Shown: positions 9,632-19,759, numbered from the stretch's first letter. The stretch is DNA of 64,000 bases from Candidatus Obscuribacteraceae bacterium (GCA_044229845.1 JBGASG010000005.1:288001-352000), one strand, 5' to 3'. Numbers and translations are program-made. The notes: a model not told the origin generated them from the letters alone.

Positions 9632-12088
9632 ATGCAAATTCCAACCACGAAGAAACAACGCCTGATTGGATTTGACCTGCCATTTCTCATGGAAGAGTGG
9701 CGGCAAATGTTCAACCCGGCAAGTTTGCCTAAAGATATCTGGGCTGGCACCACTGTCGCACTGGTGGCATTGCCTCTGAACCTGGCTCTGGCAGTGGCTG
9801 CCGGGGTCCCACCCGGGGTTGGTATCGCTACTGGTATCACAGCCAGCGTCATCGCTTCCATGCTCGGCGGACAGAAGTATGCTATTACCGGACCCGCGGC
9901 AGCCATGGCTGTGATCCTGGTGCAGATCACGGCGCGCTACGGCATCAGTGGGATCTGGCTGGTCGGGCTTCTCGCCGGCATCATGCAGGTTACCGCTGGG
10001 TTGCTGCGTCTCGGCCGATTGATCTCTTACATACCGATGCCGGTGATTACCGGTTTTGCAAATGCAATCGGCATACTGGTGGCATTTAACGCCCTGGATG
10101 GTTTCATGGGCATGCCATTGAAGAAGCATGCTCCAGGCGCTGCGCCGGCTGTAGCGCATGAGATCATCCCCAAGTTTATCCTTGATGTTCAGCACCTCGT
10201 CCAGGCCATACTGAAAGGGCAGGCAAATCACGACGCGCTGATCATCGGCGGATTGACCCTCGCGGTCGCAGTCGTAGTACCGCGTTTAACTAAAGCAATT
10301 CCCAGTCAGCTGGTGGCGATCATTGTCGGTACGGTGGCATCTGTGGTGCTCGGCTATCAAATCCCGCGAATTGTTGATGTTGCGCCGCTTACTGACGCAT
10401 TGCCGGTTCTGCAGATGCCCGTCCTGCCATGGGATGCGTTCGGTCTACTCTTTGCCGCCGCCTTCACGGTGTTCATGCTGGGATCGATCGAATCGCTGCT
10501 GTCGGCATCGGTGGCAGACGGGATGACGATGTCCAAAAAACATCATGCCGATCAAGAACTGATCGGACAGGGCTTCGCAAACGTGTTCATGCCTTTCGTG
10601 GGTGGAATACCTGTGACGGGCGTCATTGCGCGTACTGCGATCAATGTCAGGGCAGGCGCACAAACCAGACTGTCCGGAATTGTGCATGCTGTTGTGTTGA
10701 CTGTACTGATTGTGTTTCTCTCAAAATATGCCGAGCAAATCCCTCTGGCAGCGCTGTCGGCGATTCTCATTCTGACTGGCTTTCGATTGTTCGAATGGGA
10801 CGAAGGCCGCGAAATCTGGAAAGCTTCGAAGTTGGAAGCGTGGGTGATGATACTCACAACAGTAGTCTCGGTGCTGGTCGATCTGACAGCCGGTGTGCTC
10901 GCCGGGCTGCTCTTCACGTGCGGACTGTTCATCAAACAAATGAGCGAGTTGCGTCTGGTGTCGGCAGCTGAGACAGACGGTGGTGAGAATCTCTCGCCGG
11001 CTCTCAACATGCCGTGCTGCAAATTTGCTCAGACATTTTTGGTCGATGGACCGCTGTTTTTCGGTGCGGCTGAACGCTTTACTGAAAACATTCTGCAGGT
11101 GCAGGACGTGCGCGTGCTGGTTCTCGACATGAGCCAGGTCAATCATATGGATTTGACCGGAGTAGAAACGCTCCTTTCGGTGCACCGCCAACTGGAGCGC
11201 AAAGGCGCGCGCATGGTGCTGGCGGCATTGCCGACTCAGCCGCTTGAACTGTTGCGGCGTACGAAAGCGATGAACGAAATCGGCGAAGAAAACATCTTCC
11301 GCGATCTGACGCAAGCCAACATCGAGGCCCATGTTGCGCTGCTCAGCAGCAGCTGTTCTGATTGCGCAGTCGGACTAGATCCCAGCAAGAAGCCAGCCGG
11401 TCCACGTGACTGCAAGATGCGCTCCGCTCTGCTGGCGGACAACAGTCCGCTGATCCAGGTAGTCAAAGATCGCCTCTTGAAGAAGGATGTTGTGGCACCG
11501 CCTGTAGTGGCGGACGTACAGGGGCGGCTGGTAGTGGTGGATGACGAGTCTAAGATCCCCGGCTTTCTCAGGGGCAGTCCTATCGAAGTATTGTTGCGGG
11601 CACAAAACTTCCGCGGCACCGAAATTCCATATGTTGCCAGACCTGAGCTTTTAATCGGTATGTGTGTCGACTATGGCAAGACAGTCATGTTGCCCAAAGT
11701 ATGGGCGCATGTTATACGGCGTGAAGGAGCCAGCATGCAGGGCAGCGAATTCGCTATTGCTCTGTCTGTAGCGGACGGCGTCAAGTACATGGCATTGATC
11801 GCGCATGATGACTGCGCCATGGGCAATACAGTCGAGCACAAAGACGCTTTCGTCAAAGCGATGACCGGCAACCATGGCTGGGATCCGGAGCAAGCAAATG
11901 GTTTCTTCGATATATACGTTCGATCTCCAGATCTGAATACCGAAATCGACTTCATCATGGAAGAGAGCGCTCGGTTGCAGCGGCTTTTCCGCGGTATTTT
12001 GGTGATACCACTTGTTTACAAAACTGAGAGCGACCAGCTGTATTTGGTCAGTGAGTGGCTATCCGGGCGCTTGGAAACTGCCGGCTAA
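9632..12088 (+). CDS. SulP/SLC26 anion (probably bicarbonate) transporter with STAS and C-terminal beta-carbonic-anhydrase-like domain
   Basis: DIWAGTTVALVALPLNLALA, GPAAA, ARTAINVRAGAQTRLSG; STAS GPLFFGAA/DLTG; C-terminal GMCVD...AHDDC. Confidence 0.9.
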   Translation: MQIPTTKKQRLIGFDLPFLMEEWRQMFNPASLPKDIWAGTTVALVALPLNLALAVAAGVPPGVGIATGITASVIASMLGGQKYAITGPAAAMAVILVQITARYGISGIWLVGLLAGIMQVTAGLLRLGRLISYIPMPVITGFANAIGILVAFNALDGFMGMPLKKHAPGAAPAVAHEIIPKFILDVQHLVQAILKGQANHDALIIGGLTLAVAVVVPRLTKAIPSQLVAIIVGTVASVVLGYQIPRIVDVAPLTDALPVLQMPVLPWDAFGLLFAAAFTVFMLGSIESLLSASVADGMTMSKKHHADQELIGQGFANVFMPFVGGIPVTGVIARTAINVRAGAQTRLSGIVHAVVLTVLIVFLSKYAEQIPLAALSAILILTGFRLFEWDEGREIWKASKLEAWVMILTTVVSVLVDLTAGVLAGLLFTCGLFIKQMSELRLVSAAETDGGENLSPALNMPCCKFAQTFLVDGPLFFGAAERFTENILQVQDVRVLVLDMSQVNHMDLTGVETLLSVHRQLERKGARMVLAALPTQPLELLRRTKAMNEIGEENIFRDLTQANIEAHVALLSSSCSDCAVGLDPSKKPAGPRDCKMRSALLADNSPLIQVVKDRLLKKDVVAPPVVADVQGRLVVVDDESKIPGFLRGSPIEVLLRAQNFRGTEIPYVARPELLIGMCVDYGKTVMLPKVWAHVIRREGASMQGSEFAIALSVADGVKYMALIAHDDCAMGNTVEHKDAFVKAMTGNHGWDPEQANGFFDIYVRSPDLNTEIDFIMEESARLQRLFRGILVIPLVYKTESDQLYLVSEWLSGRLETAG

Positions 12089-12171
12089 TCGTATCTTAGA
12101 GGATTGCACTAGATTCCAAGGCTGTTTGCGGCAATGATGTAATCCTCTTGTCTACAAACTAATGAGCGCGA

Positions 12172-13341
12172 ATGACTAAGGAAAAACTGGTTTATCTGGC
12201 TATTGCCATCGTTTTCTGTGGAGCCCTGCTGTCGTATTTTGCGAGACCAAAAGCGCCTCACCTCGAACTGGTATCACCGGAACAAATCTCACCGGGAGTG
12301 ATCGCTGAATACGCTTCCGCCAACAGCAACCTTGCGGAGCACGTTCTCAACTCCTATGGACTGGCTCTTGTTCTCGTGCAGAGCTCTTATTCGCCGGATA
12401 ACGCCACCGCTCTTGAAGCCTTGCGCTCGTGGGCTCGCGATAACTATGTGGCTGACAAAGGTTTCTTGCATCCGATCTCGCTGGAACAACATGAAAAGCC
12501 GGCCGACACCGTATTTGGTGCTTTCACCTACAACGTCCTCGGTGGACCGTATTATTTCTTGCGCAGCAAGGTCGGCGATCTGGTGCGCTCGCGCATCGCG
12601 ACATTCCAGGAGTCGCAGCGCTACATCAGTGTTTCGGACGCGTACTTCGAACTTTTCGGCGACGATCCGGAAGCCGCAGTCTTGTTGGCTCGTTATCAAT
12701 CAGACCGGGCCAAACTCTCACTCGACGTCGTGATGTCGAGTCTCGTTTGGGGAGTGTTCACGGTCGGTTCTTTGATCTACATCTTCACCGCCGAGTGGCG
12801 AAAATATCGATTTATTCGCCTGCAGAAGTGTCTGGCATTTCTCTGGTTGATGCTCGGCGCTTCCTACTTTATTTCAGCCACTGTGCATAATGAGGTGGGT
12901 ACGGTTCTCTCTGCGCTGCTGGCCACCGCCGTTGGACTGTATTCGCTGCGTCCCTGGTTCCTTCACATCAATGCGCACGGCATCGATGGTGTCAAATTCC
13001 TGCACACCAATCCACTCTTGATCGCTTTGTTTACATGGGCAACGTGGTCCTTGATCTGCATGCAGATGCTGAGCTGGATGAAGACGCCGTTGACTGCAAC
13101 TCCAGATCCGTTGACCTTGTTGTTCTCCGCGGTGACCGGTGACTTCATGCACGATCACTCCGCCGAGAAGGCAGTGGTGAAGCATTTCATTGCCTTGCTC
13201 TGGGTGGTCTGTGTGGTCTGGATCATGTGGGTCCGGCACCGTGATGGACAGTCTTTCGTGGAAGATCGACTGATCGAACATTTCCGAGAAGAAGGTCCGA
13301 TTGCAGGCGACCGCGAGCCGGCGTTGACCTCGCGCCGCTAA
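12172..13341 (+). CDS. Hypothetical multi-pass membrane protein
   Basis: 389-aa ORF with several hydrophobic helices. Confidence 0.7.
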   Translation: MTKEKLVYLAIAIVFCGALLSYFARPKAPHLELVSPEQISPGVIAEYASANSNLAEHVLNSYGLALVLVQSSYSPDNATALEALRSWARDNYVADKGFLHPISLEQHEKPADTVFGAFTYNVLGGPYYFLRSKVGDLVRSRIATFQESQRYISVSDAYFELFGDDPEAAVLLARYQSDRAKLSLDVVMSSLVWGVFTVGSLIYIFTAEWRKYRFIRLQKCLAFLWLMLGASYFISATVHNEVGTVLSALLATAVGLYSLRPWFLHINAHGIDGVKFLHTNPLLIALFTWATWSLICMQMLSWMKTPLTATPDPLTLLFSAVTGDFMHDHSAEKAVVKHFIALLWVVCVVWIMWVRHRDGQSFVEDRLIEHFREEGPIAGDREPALTSRR

Positions 13342-13367
13342 GTGGTGCGTCAGCCCGGCAGGCAGTC

Positions 13368-14498
13368 ATGAGCGATCAAATAGCGCAGCGCATTGGACGG
13401 GAGTTGGACGTCTCCAATCTTTGCGAGCTTCTGGCTGAGAAACTGTCTGGCGCCGATCTGCACTCGTTGTTGCTGGCAGTGTTCAAGCGCCGCATCGGCG
13501 AAATTCTGCCCGCGCGACTGACGCAGGACAATGCCGCTACGCTGGCGAGCAATGTCAGCGGACGCTTGTTGAACAAAGTCGATCAAATGGCATTCGAAAT
13601 TGCGTCGCGCTTCGAAGCAGTGGAGCTATCGCCCGTGACACCACTTGGTAGCGTGGCGGTTTTGACGGGACTTGATCAGGGCAACGTCCTCAGCACAATC
13701 AGAGCGCTGGAATGTGCTTCGGATCCTACTATCGGACTTGCCTTGGAATGCGCGAGATTGCGCAGGAAACAAATGGATCGTAGAGAACCTAATCGCCTTT
13801 GCACCAGCCAGCGCGTGCTCAGATTTCCCCTGCCTTCAACCCCTGGTTATTCAGCCCATTTCAAATTGCTGTGTATGGTGAGCGCTGGGCGCGACATAGG
13901 TTCGTTCGGCTTCGAAGTGGAAGCACTGCGGGAGCACATCGACTTCTATCTAACCTTCGTCAAGAATCTTCGAGCGATCGGTTTTTCATACTCGCATATT
14001 GCTGTGCAAATCTGCGATACGCGCGTGGTGTCACATCTTTGTGCGCGTTCCAATATTGATCGCGACAACATCAAAGCCACGGTCCGTGCGCGCGACTCGC
14101 AAAGCTCCGAGCGATTGCTGGAGAAATATTCAATCGATTGGCCGAAAGCGATGAAGTCGCCGGCAGAGGAGTTAGCTGCATACGATCTCCCCGAACACCT
14201 GATCAGGCACATGAGTCTGATACAACAGGATGTCTGCGATGTTTTGCAAGGCATTCATGAAGGCGTCGAGTTTAGTTTCAACCTGCGCAGGCTGACAGGA
14301 CTGGGCTACTACGACGGACCATGTTTTCACATCAAAATGACCAACGATCGCGGTGAGTCATTTATGCTTGCCGACGGTGGTTTCGTGCAATGGACGCAGC
14401 GCCTGCTCGGCGACAAGAAGGAGCGTTTACTCACCAGCGCCATCGGGATCGAGCTTCTGTGTCGTCTGTTCCGCGTTGAGGGCGATACTGCAAAATGA
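13368..14498 (+). CDS. Class II aminoacyl-tRNA-synthetase-like catalytic domain protein (HisRS/HisZ-like paralog)
   Basis: RLTGLGYYDG, LADGG and SAIGIELL resemble HisRS motifs; no anticodon-binding domain. Confidence 0.55.
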   Translation: MSDQIAQRIGRELDVSNLCELLAEKLSGADLHSLLLAVFKRRIGEILPARLTQDNAATLASNVSGRLLNKVDQMAFEIASRFEAVELSPVTPLGSVAVLTGLDQGNVLSTIRALECASDPTIGLALECARLRRKQMDRREPNRLCTSQRVLRFPLPSTPGYSAHFKLLCMVSAGRDIGSFGFEVEALREHIDFYLTFVKNLRAIGFSYSHIAVQICDTRVVSHLCARSNIDRDNIKATVRARDSQSSERLLEKYSIDWPKAMKSPAEELAAYDLPEHLIRHMSLIQQDVCDVLQGIHEGVEFSFNLRRLTGLGYYDGPCFHIKMTNDRGESFMLADGGFVQWTQRLLGDKKERLLTSAIGIELLCRLFRVEGDTAK

Positions 14499-15001
14499 GT
14501 CAGGCAGAGATACGCATTGTCAATCTGGATGACTTCGATGCTTACTGGGCGCTGCGGTTGCGCGCGCTCAAAGAAGAGCCCGAGTCATTCGGAAGTTCAT
14601 ACGAAGAAGCGGTGACGCGACCGCGGGCGGACGTCGAAAAAATGATCGTCGGTCCCGGCGGCGGATTTGTTCTTGGTGCATTCGCGCCGGAACTCGTCGG
14701 TGTCGTCGGCATGTTTTGTGCCCAGGGACCCAAGGAGAAACATAAGGGCGGTATCTGGGGCATGTATGTAGCGCCTGATTTTCGGGGGCAAGGATTGGGC
14801 CGCGCTCTGATGACGAGAGCCATTGCGCAGGCGCGGAGCGTCGCACTGATTGAAGAGTTGAGGTTGTCCGTGGTCACAACTAATGAGTCAGCGTACAAAC
14901 TCTATCTCTCGCTGGGATTCACCGAATATGGTGTCGAGCCGCGCGCTCTGAAACTTGGCGGCAAGTATCTCGACGAATACATGATGGTGCTGCGCCTATA
15001 G
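14495..15001 (+). CDS. GNAT acetyltransferase
   Basis: MYVAPDFRGQGLGRALM, NESAYKLYLSLGF; ATGA overlap with the upstream gene. Confidence 0.9.
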   Translation: MSQAEIRIVNLDDFDAYWALRLRALKEEPESFGSSYEEAVTRPRADVEKMIVGPGGGFVLGAFAPELVGVVGMFCAQGPKEKHKGGIWGMYVAPDFRGQGLGRALMTRAIAQARSVALIEELRLSVVTTNESAYKLYLSLGFTEYGVEPRALKLGGKYLDEYMMVLRL

Positions 15002-15499
15002 CGCCGACAGCATCGCTCCGATGTAATTGCAGATGACTCCGAAAATGGTTCCGTAGGACATCTTGTCGAGCCGCTTGGCGCGGAGCGATTTGACTTGTTG
15101 GTTCGCTTCCAGCTTTTTGGCTGCCCATTTTGCATGAATGCAGACCAGTGAAGTGAACATGCACGCAGACCCGATAATCAGAAGCACGAACTCAGCCCAT
15201 ACGCGCAGATCGGCAAGTCGCGGCGGCCAATGAGGCCCGAAATAATCCAGACCGGTCATGGTCTCCTTCGACAAAGCAAACATGGACAGAGACGCCATGA
15301 TCACGCCTATGGCGCAAACAAGCCACAGACCCCAGCCACGCGGCAAAGGCGCGGAAGGTGGACCACCGCCGCCGGCGTAACCGACTGGCTGACTGTCCAC
15401 AGCGGCGGTTGCGTCGTCACCAGGCAGCGCTTCCAGATGTGGACGGGAGTGAATTTCGCGTTCAGGCTGTTGCATTTGTTTCGGCTGTTCGGTGCCCAA
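14996..15499 (-). CDS. Hypothetical membrane protein
   Basis: Three hydrophobic segments. Confidence 0.55.
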   Translation of the reverse strand: MGTEQPKQMQQPEREIHSRPHLEALPGDDATAAVDSQPVGYAGGGGPPSAPLPRGWGLWLVCAIGVIMASLSMFALSKETMTGLDYFGPHWPPRLADLRVWAEFVLLIIGSACMFTSLVCIHAKWAAKKLEANQQVKSLRAKRLDKMSYGTIFGVICNYIGAMLSAL

Positions 15500-15572
15500 A
15501 TTCTCCTATTGCCATCTTATCTGCGCTGGATCGATCTCTGTCTTCTCGAAACAATTCCTTCAGGGTATGTCG

Positions 15573-15698
15573 TGCACCAGTTTCGAGTGCAAGACTGTCC
15601 AATTCTGCACTCGAAACTGATGTCAAGAGCTAGTGCAAAATCTGTCAAGAATGAATTCGAGTGCAAAAATCCGGATTCCTGCACTCGAAACTGGTGCA
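15573..15698. repeat. Nested inverted-repeat element (4 copies of TGCACTCGAA or its complement)
   Basis: Exact 19-bp terminal IR (15573-15591 / 15680-15698) enclosing two TTCGAGTGCA-N14-TGCACTCGAA palindromes. Confidence 0.85.
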
Positions 15699-15800
15699 AC
15701 GACTTGGACTCGAAGGCGAGACGTGAACCGGAACCGACTCAGGAGTCGATGGGTGCCGGCTGGAATGCCAGGATTGCTGTCCGCGGATAAAACCCTACGG

Positions 15801-15903
15801 GTATAGGTAATAGCCTATACATTGACAAGGTAATAGGTAAAAGCATATAATCGCTAATATGTTATAACAGATACAGTTCCAGAGCTATAGGTAATAGCCT
15901 ATG
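15801..15903 (+). promoter_or_regulatory. hipBA sigma70 promoter with three palindromic operators
   Basis: TTGACA (15822-27), 18 bp, TATAAT (15846-51); TATAGG-N6-CCTATA-type sites at 15802, 15832 and 15886. Confidence 0.85.
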
Positions 15904-16218
15904 CCAGCCTCCAAATATTCAATCCAGCCGACCATCGACGTGCTGCGTTCCGCGCGGCAGAACCGTCGCATGAGTCAGGGCGAGCTGGGGCAGGCGATGG
16001 GTTTGCCGCAGAGCCATGTCTCAGACATCGAGCACGGCAAGAAGGATATTCGCCTCAGTACATTGATCGAGATGGCGCGCGTGTTGGGACTGGAACTGCT
16101 CCTGGTGCCACGCGAAATGGTACTGCCGGTGGAGACGCTCATTCATGCGTCGCCATCCGAAGACTTGCAGGAGCGCCCGGCTTACGCGCTTGATGATTTG
16201 AATCGAGATGAAGAATGA
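15901..16218 (+). CDS. hipB: HipB-like XRE antitoxin
   Basis: HTH_3 (MSQGELGQAMGLPQSHVSDIEHGK); ATGA overlap with hipA. Confidence 0.85.
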   Translation: MPASKYSIQPTIDVLRSARQNRRMSQGELGQAMGLPQSHVSDIEHGKKDIRLSTLIEMARVLGLELLLVPREMVLPVETLIHASPSEDLQERPAYALDDLNRDEE

Positions 16219-17477
16219 GTCAAACGATGAACGAACTTAAGAGAGCAAAAGCTTTTGCAGGCACCGAGACCCTGCGCATCTATCTCAACGAAACTCCCGT
16301 TGGGATTCTGTCGCTGTTGCCTGGGGACACCAGCGTTTTCGCATTCGACGATGATTACGTCCAGGATGCGCGGCGGCCGACTCTCAGTTTGTCTTTTAAG
16401 TCGGCGACTGGACAGTTGATGACGCGGGTAAAGCCTCGGCGGACAAAACTCGATCCGTTCTTTTCCAACTTGCTCCCAGAAGGGCACCTTCGCGATTACC
16501 TCGCCAACAAAAGCGGCATCAACAAGGAGCGTGAGTTCCTGCTACTGGCAGCGCTGCGCGATGACCTGCCCGGTGCGGTGCGCCTTGAGCAGGCGAGCGA
16601 TGCCGACACCACGCATGACCTGTCTGATGTGATGCACGTCGATCACGACGACGGTCCGTTCAGCTTTTCGCTGGCGGGTGTGCAACTGAAGTTTTCCGCC
16701 GTCAACGAAGCGAAGGGCGGGCTGACAATCCGCGCCTCCGGATCTGGTGGCAACTGGGTCGTCAAGCTGCCGTCATCGGCCTATGATTCCTTGCCCGAAG
16801 CGGAATACTCGATGATGACACTGGCTCGCCTGTCGGGCATCGAAGTTCCGCAGATCAAATTGGTGGACACCGCTTCTGTCAAAGGTCTCCCAATTGATTT
16901 GCCGCCATCGTTCGGTCAAAGCCTCGCGATTGAGCGCTTCGACCGTGGACCTCGCGGCAAGCGCATCCACGCCGAAGACTTCGCACAGGTATTCGGGCTG
17001 TATCAGGGCGACAAATATGGCAAGGCGAGTTATGAAAACATCGCCTCCGTACTTTGGGCGGAAGCGGGCGAAAATGATGTGAAGGAGCTGGTGCGCCGCA
17101 TCGTTTTCTCAACTCTAATCGGCAATGCCGATATGCACGTAAAGAACTTCTCTGTTCTCTATCAAGACACCATCCATGCGCGTCTATCGCCCGCGTATGA
17201 TCTGGTGCCGACGATCTTGTTTATGCCCAGTGATCTGACTCTAGGGCTGTCGCTCGGCAAGACCAAAAAGATGTACGACATCAATCTGGATGTGATGAAG
17301 AAGTTCGCTGCCAGCGCCAGAATCCCCGAGCATCTAGTGCTTCAGACCAGTCAAGAAACTGTCACCGCTGTTCGCGATGCATGGACAAAGAACAAATCTG
17401 ACTTTCCGCTGTCGAAGAAACAGGTAGAGTCCATCGAAAAACATATGGATGCGATTCCGCTCGCACACGATCAGTAA
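16215..17477 (+). CDS. hipA: HipA-family Ser/Thr kinase toxin
   Basis: FFSNLLPEG, SLAGVQLK, IERFDR, GNADMHVKNFS, LSPAYD. Confidence 0.95.
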   Translation: MSQTMNELKRAKAFAGTETLRIYLNETPVGILSLLPGDTSVFAFDDDYVQDARRPTLSLSFKSATGQLMTRVKPRRTKLDPFFSNLLPEGHLRDYLANKSGINKEREFLLLAALRDDLPGAVRLEQASDADTTHDLSDVMHVDHDDGPFSFSLAGVQLKFSAVNEAKGGLTIRASGSGGNWVVKLPSSAYDSLPEAEYSMMTLARLSGIEVPQIKLVDTASVKGLPIDLPPSFGQSLAIERFDRGPRGKRIHAEDFAQVFGLYQGDKYGKASYENIASVLWAEAGENDVKELVRRIVFSTLIGNADMHVKNFSVLYQDTIHARLSPAYDLVPTILFMPSDLTLGLSLGKTKKMYDINLDVMKKFAASARIPEHLVLQTSQETVTAVRDAWTKNKSDFPLSKKQVESIEKHMDAIPLAHDQ

Positions 17478-18658
17478 TCAACGGTGCGCCAGTCGCTGGA
17501 ACTTGTTGTGCAGGTCCCACGAATAGAACATCTCGAACGAATCCGTGTTGTGCCCGAACCCATAAAGTCGTTGACGATGAACGCGGTGCTGTCCGGCGAC
17601 CAGATAACATCCACATTGCGCTGGTAAGTGAACACCGGCGTGCCGGCTTTGCTGCCTTTCTTGGTCAGAACCAGTTGGTGATTATCTAGTTGCTTTGGAT
17701 CGAAGTATTTCTTCGATGGGATGTTTCGTCCTAGCGATTCATTGATGTTTCTCACGGTGAACAAACCGTTTGGCGAAACTATCTCGGAGGCATCACCAGG
17801 AAAGTTTTGCGAAAAACCAACAGCCGAGGTCGAACTCGATGCGAAAACGGCAATGAACATTGCGCAAATCATAGACGCGACCACACGCCAACCGATCGAC
17901 TTGATCACGCCCAGAGCAATCAATTGTTCTTCCGCCGCCAGGAGTTCTCGCGCGACCTTCACACCAGTTTCGTTCTTGACCAGGAATCTCACCGGGTTGC
18001 GAAACAGATATGCGCAACTGCTCTCCTCCAGAGTGGAGAATTCGCGTTGTAGCGCGGCGCGCATCTCATCCGACCGCGACAGATTATGTGCGACGAAATA
18101 ATAATCGTTCCACTGCGACAGCGCATCGCCCGAGACGTGCTCTTTCCCCTGCTCGTGTCCATGTTTGTGATCGTGCTCGTTGTGCATGAGACCTGCGGCT
18201 CGCAGCAAGTCCTCCTGTTGCTTCAGCCAGGTCGCTGTGACCTGGTCCGCCAGCTCGGGAGCGAATTCCTCCAGCACCACCTTGCCGTCGGGTTTCAAAA
18301 GCGCCTTCGCAGCCTTGACTGCATCCGGCATCGGATTGACGTGGTGCAGGCATCGCGAAAACAAAATCACGTCGTATGGCGCATCACATTTGTATTGAAG
18401 AATATCAGCATGTTCGACATCAACACCGCGAGCTCTCGTGTTGTTCACCGCTTCTTCGTCGATATCAATCGCTTTGATGCTAACGTTATGTTTCATCAAA
18501 GCGGCTGCTAAGTCACCGTTGCCGCAGCCGACTTCGAGCAGGCGTAACTCCGGACTCAGCGGCAGGTTGCTTCTGAGAAACTCCATCGAGTGTTCCGTCG
18601 CAACATCAACCGGGCGAAATGCCACGCCCTCGAATCCGCCTCTTTGTGTTTTCATCAT
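17471..18658 (-). CDS. Class I SAM methyltransferase read through into the remnant of a secreted protein
   Basis: LLEVGCGNG, YDVILFSRCLHH, LKPDG; from about residue 263 a signal-peptide-like segment and WSPDS beta-propeller-like motif. Confidence 0.75.
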   Translation of the reverse strand: MMKTQRGGFEGVAFRPVDVATEHSMEFLRSNLPLSPELRLLEVGCGNGDLAAALMKHNVSIKAIDIDEEAVNNTRARGVDVEHADILQYKCDAPYDVILFSRCLHHVNPMPDAVKAAKALLKPDGKVVLEEFAPELADQVTATWLKQQEDLLRAAGLMHNEHDHKHGHEQGKEHVSGDALSQWNDYYFVAHNLSRSDEMRAALQREFSTLEESSCAYLFRNPVRFLVKNETGVKVARELLAAEEQLIALGVIKSIGWRVVASMICAMFIAVFASSSTSAVGFSQNFPGDASEIVSPNGLFTVRNINESLGRNIPSKKYFDPKQLDNHQLVLTKKGSKAGTPVFTYQRNVDVIWSPDSTAFIVNDFMGSGTTRIRSRCSIRGTCTTSSSDWRTVDY

Positions 18659-19713
18659 CTAGAACCGCCGGCTTTTACGGGAGCCAGTTCAGACGCGAGT
18701 GCCTTGATGCGGTTTGCGGCTTCCTCGATATCTGCCTTGGTGATGCCGTCGTGGGTGACGGCACGAATGCCCTGCGTGCCTTCCACACCCATCAGGACGC
18801 CTTTCAGTTTGAGACGGGTTGCAAAATCGGAATTCGCGATACCCGGAACCTTGATGTTGAAGAAGACCATGTTGGTGCGTACCGCAGGACTCACCACATC
18901 CAGCTCCGGCACCGCCGCCAAAAGGTCGGCGAGCAACTGCGCATGCTCGTGATCCTCCGGCAAGCGCGCAATCATTTTCTCTAAGGAAACGATGCAGGCT
19001 GCCGCCAGCACACCCACCTGGCGCATGCCACCACCCAGGACCTTGCGCATACGGCGCGCCTCTTCAACAAAGGCACGCGTACCGCACAGGATGGAACCCA
19101 CCGGCGAAGCGAGCCCCTTGGAGAAACACATCTGTACCGAGTCGGCATCTTCAACCAATTTGTCCAGGTCGATCTTCAATGCCACGGAAGCATTAAAAAG
19201 CCGCGCGCCGTCTACATGTAGTTTCAACCCATTCTCGTGTGCAATGCGCGCAATTGACTTGATGTGCGACACAGGCAGCGGATTGCCGTTCCAGGTGTTT
19301 TCGATGCAGATCAGTTTCGTCCGCGCGCAGTGGACGTCTTCGTGCTGTATGGCGTTGAGCACCGCATCCAGATCCAGCGTGCCGTCTGCGTTGTTAGGCA
19401 CCATCCGCAGTGTTATGCCACCGAGCGTCGCGGCACCGCCCTGCTCCCACAATGAAATATGCGAATGCTGGCCGACGATTGCCTCGTCGCCGCGACCGCA
19501 ATGTACCAGCAAGGCAATCAGGTTGCCCATGGTGCCACTGGACACGAACAGCGCAGCTTCTTTGCCGCATATCTTCGCTGCCATGGCTTCCAGGCGATTG
19601 ACAGTGGGATCCTCCCCGTAAACGTCGTCGCCCACTTCGGCTTTCAGCATTGCCTGACGCATCTCGTCGGTGGGGACAGTGACCGTATCACTGCGTAGGT
19701 CGATCGTTTTCAT
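18655..19713 (-). CDS. ltaE: Low-specificity L-threonine aldolase
   Basis: IDLRSDTVT, GDDVYGEDP, SGTMGN, HVDGARLFN, CFSKGL, GGGMRQ. Confidence 0.95.
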   Translation of the reverse strand: MKTIDLRSDTVTVPTDEMRQAMLKAEVGDDVYGEDPTVNRLEAMAAKICGKEAALFVSSGTMGNLIALLVHCGRGDEAIVGQHSHISLWEQGGAATLGGITLRMVPNNADGTLDLDAVLNAIQHEDVHCARTKLICIENTWNGNPLPVSHIKSIARIAHENGLKLHVDGARLFNASVALKIDLDKLVEDADSVQMCFSKGLASPVGSILCGTRAFVEEARRMRKVLGGGMRQVGVLAAACIVSLEKMIARLPEDHEHAQLLADLLAAVPELDVVSPAVRTNMVFFNIKVPGIANSDFATRLKLKGVLMGVEGTQGIRAVTHDGITKADIEEAANRIKALASELAPVKAGGSR

Positions 19714-19759
19714 GATGACTATTTCCGCTGGGGCATTTGGAACTTGCTACTATAGCGCA

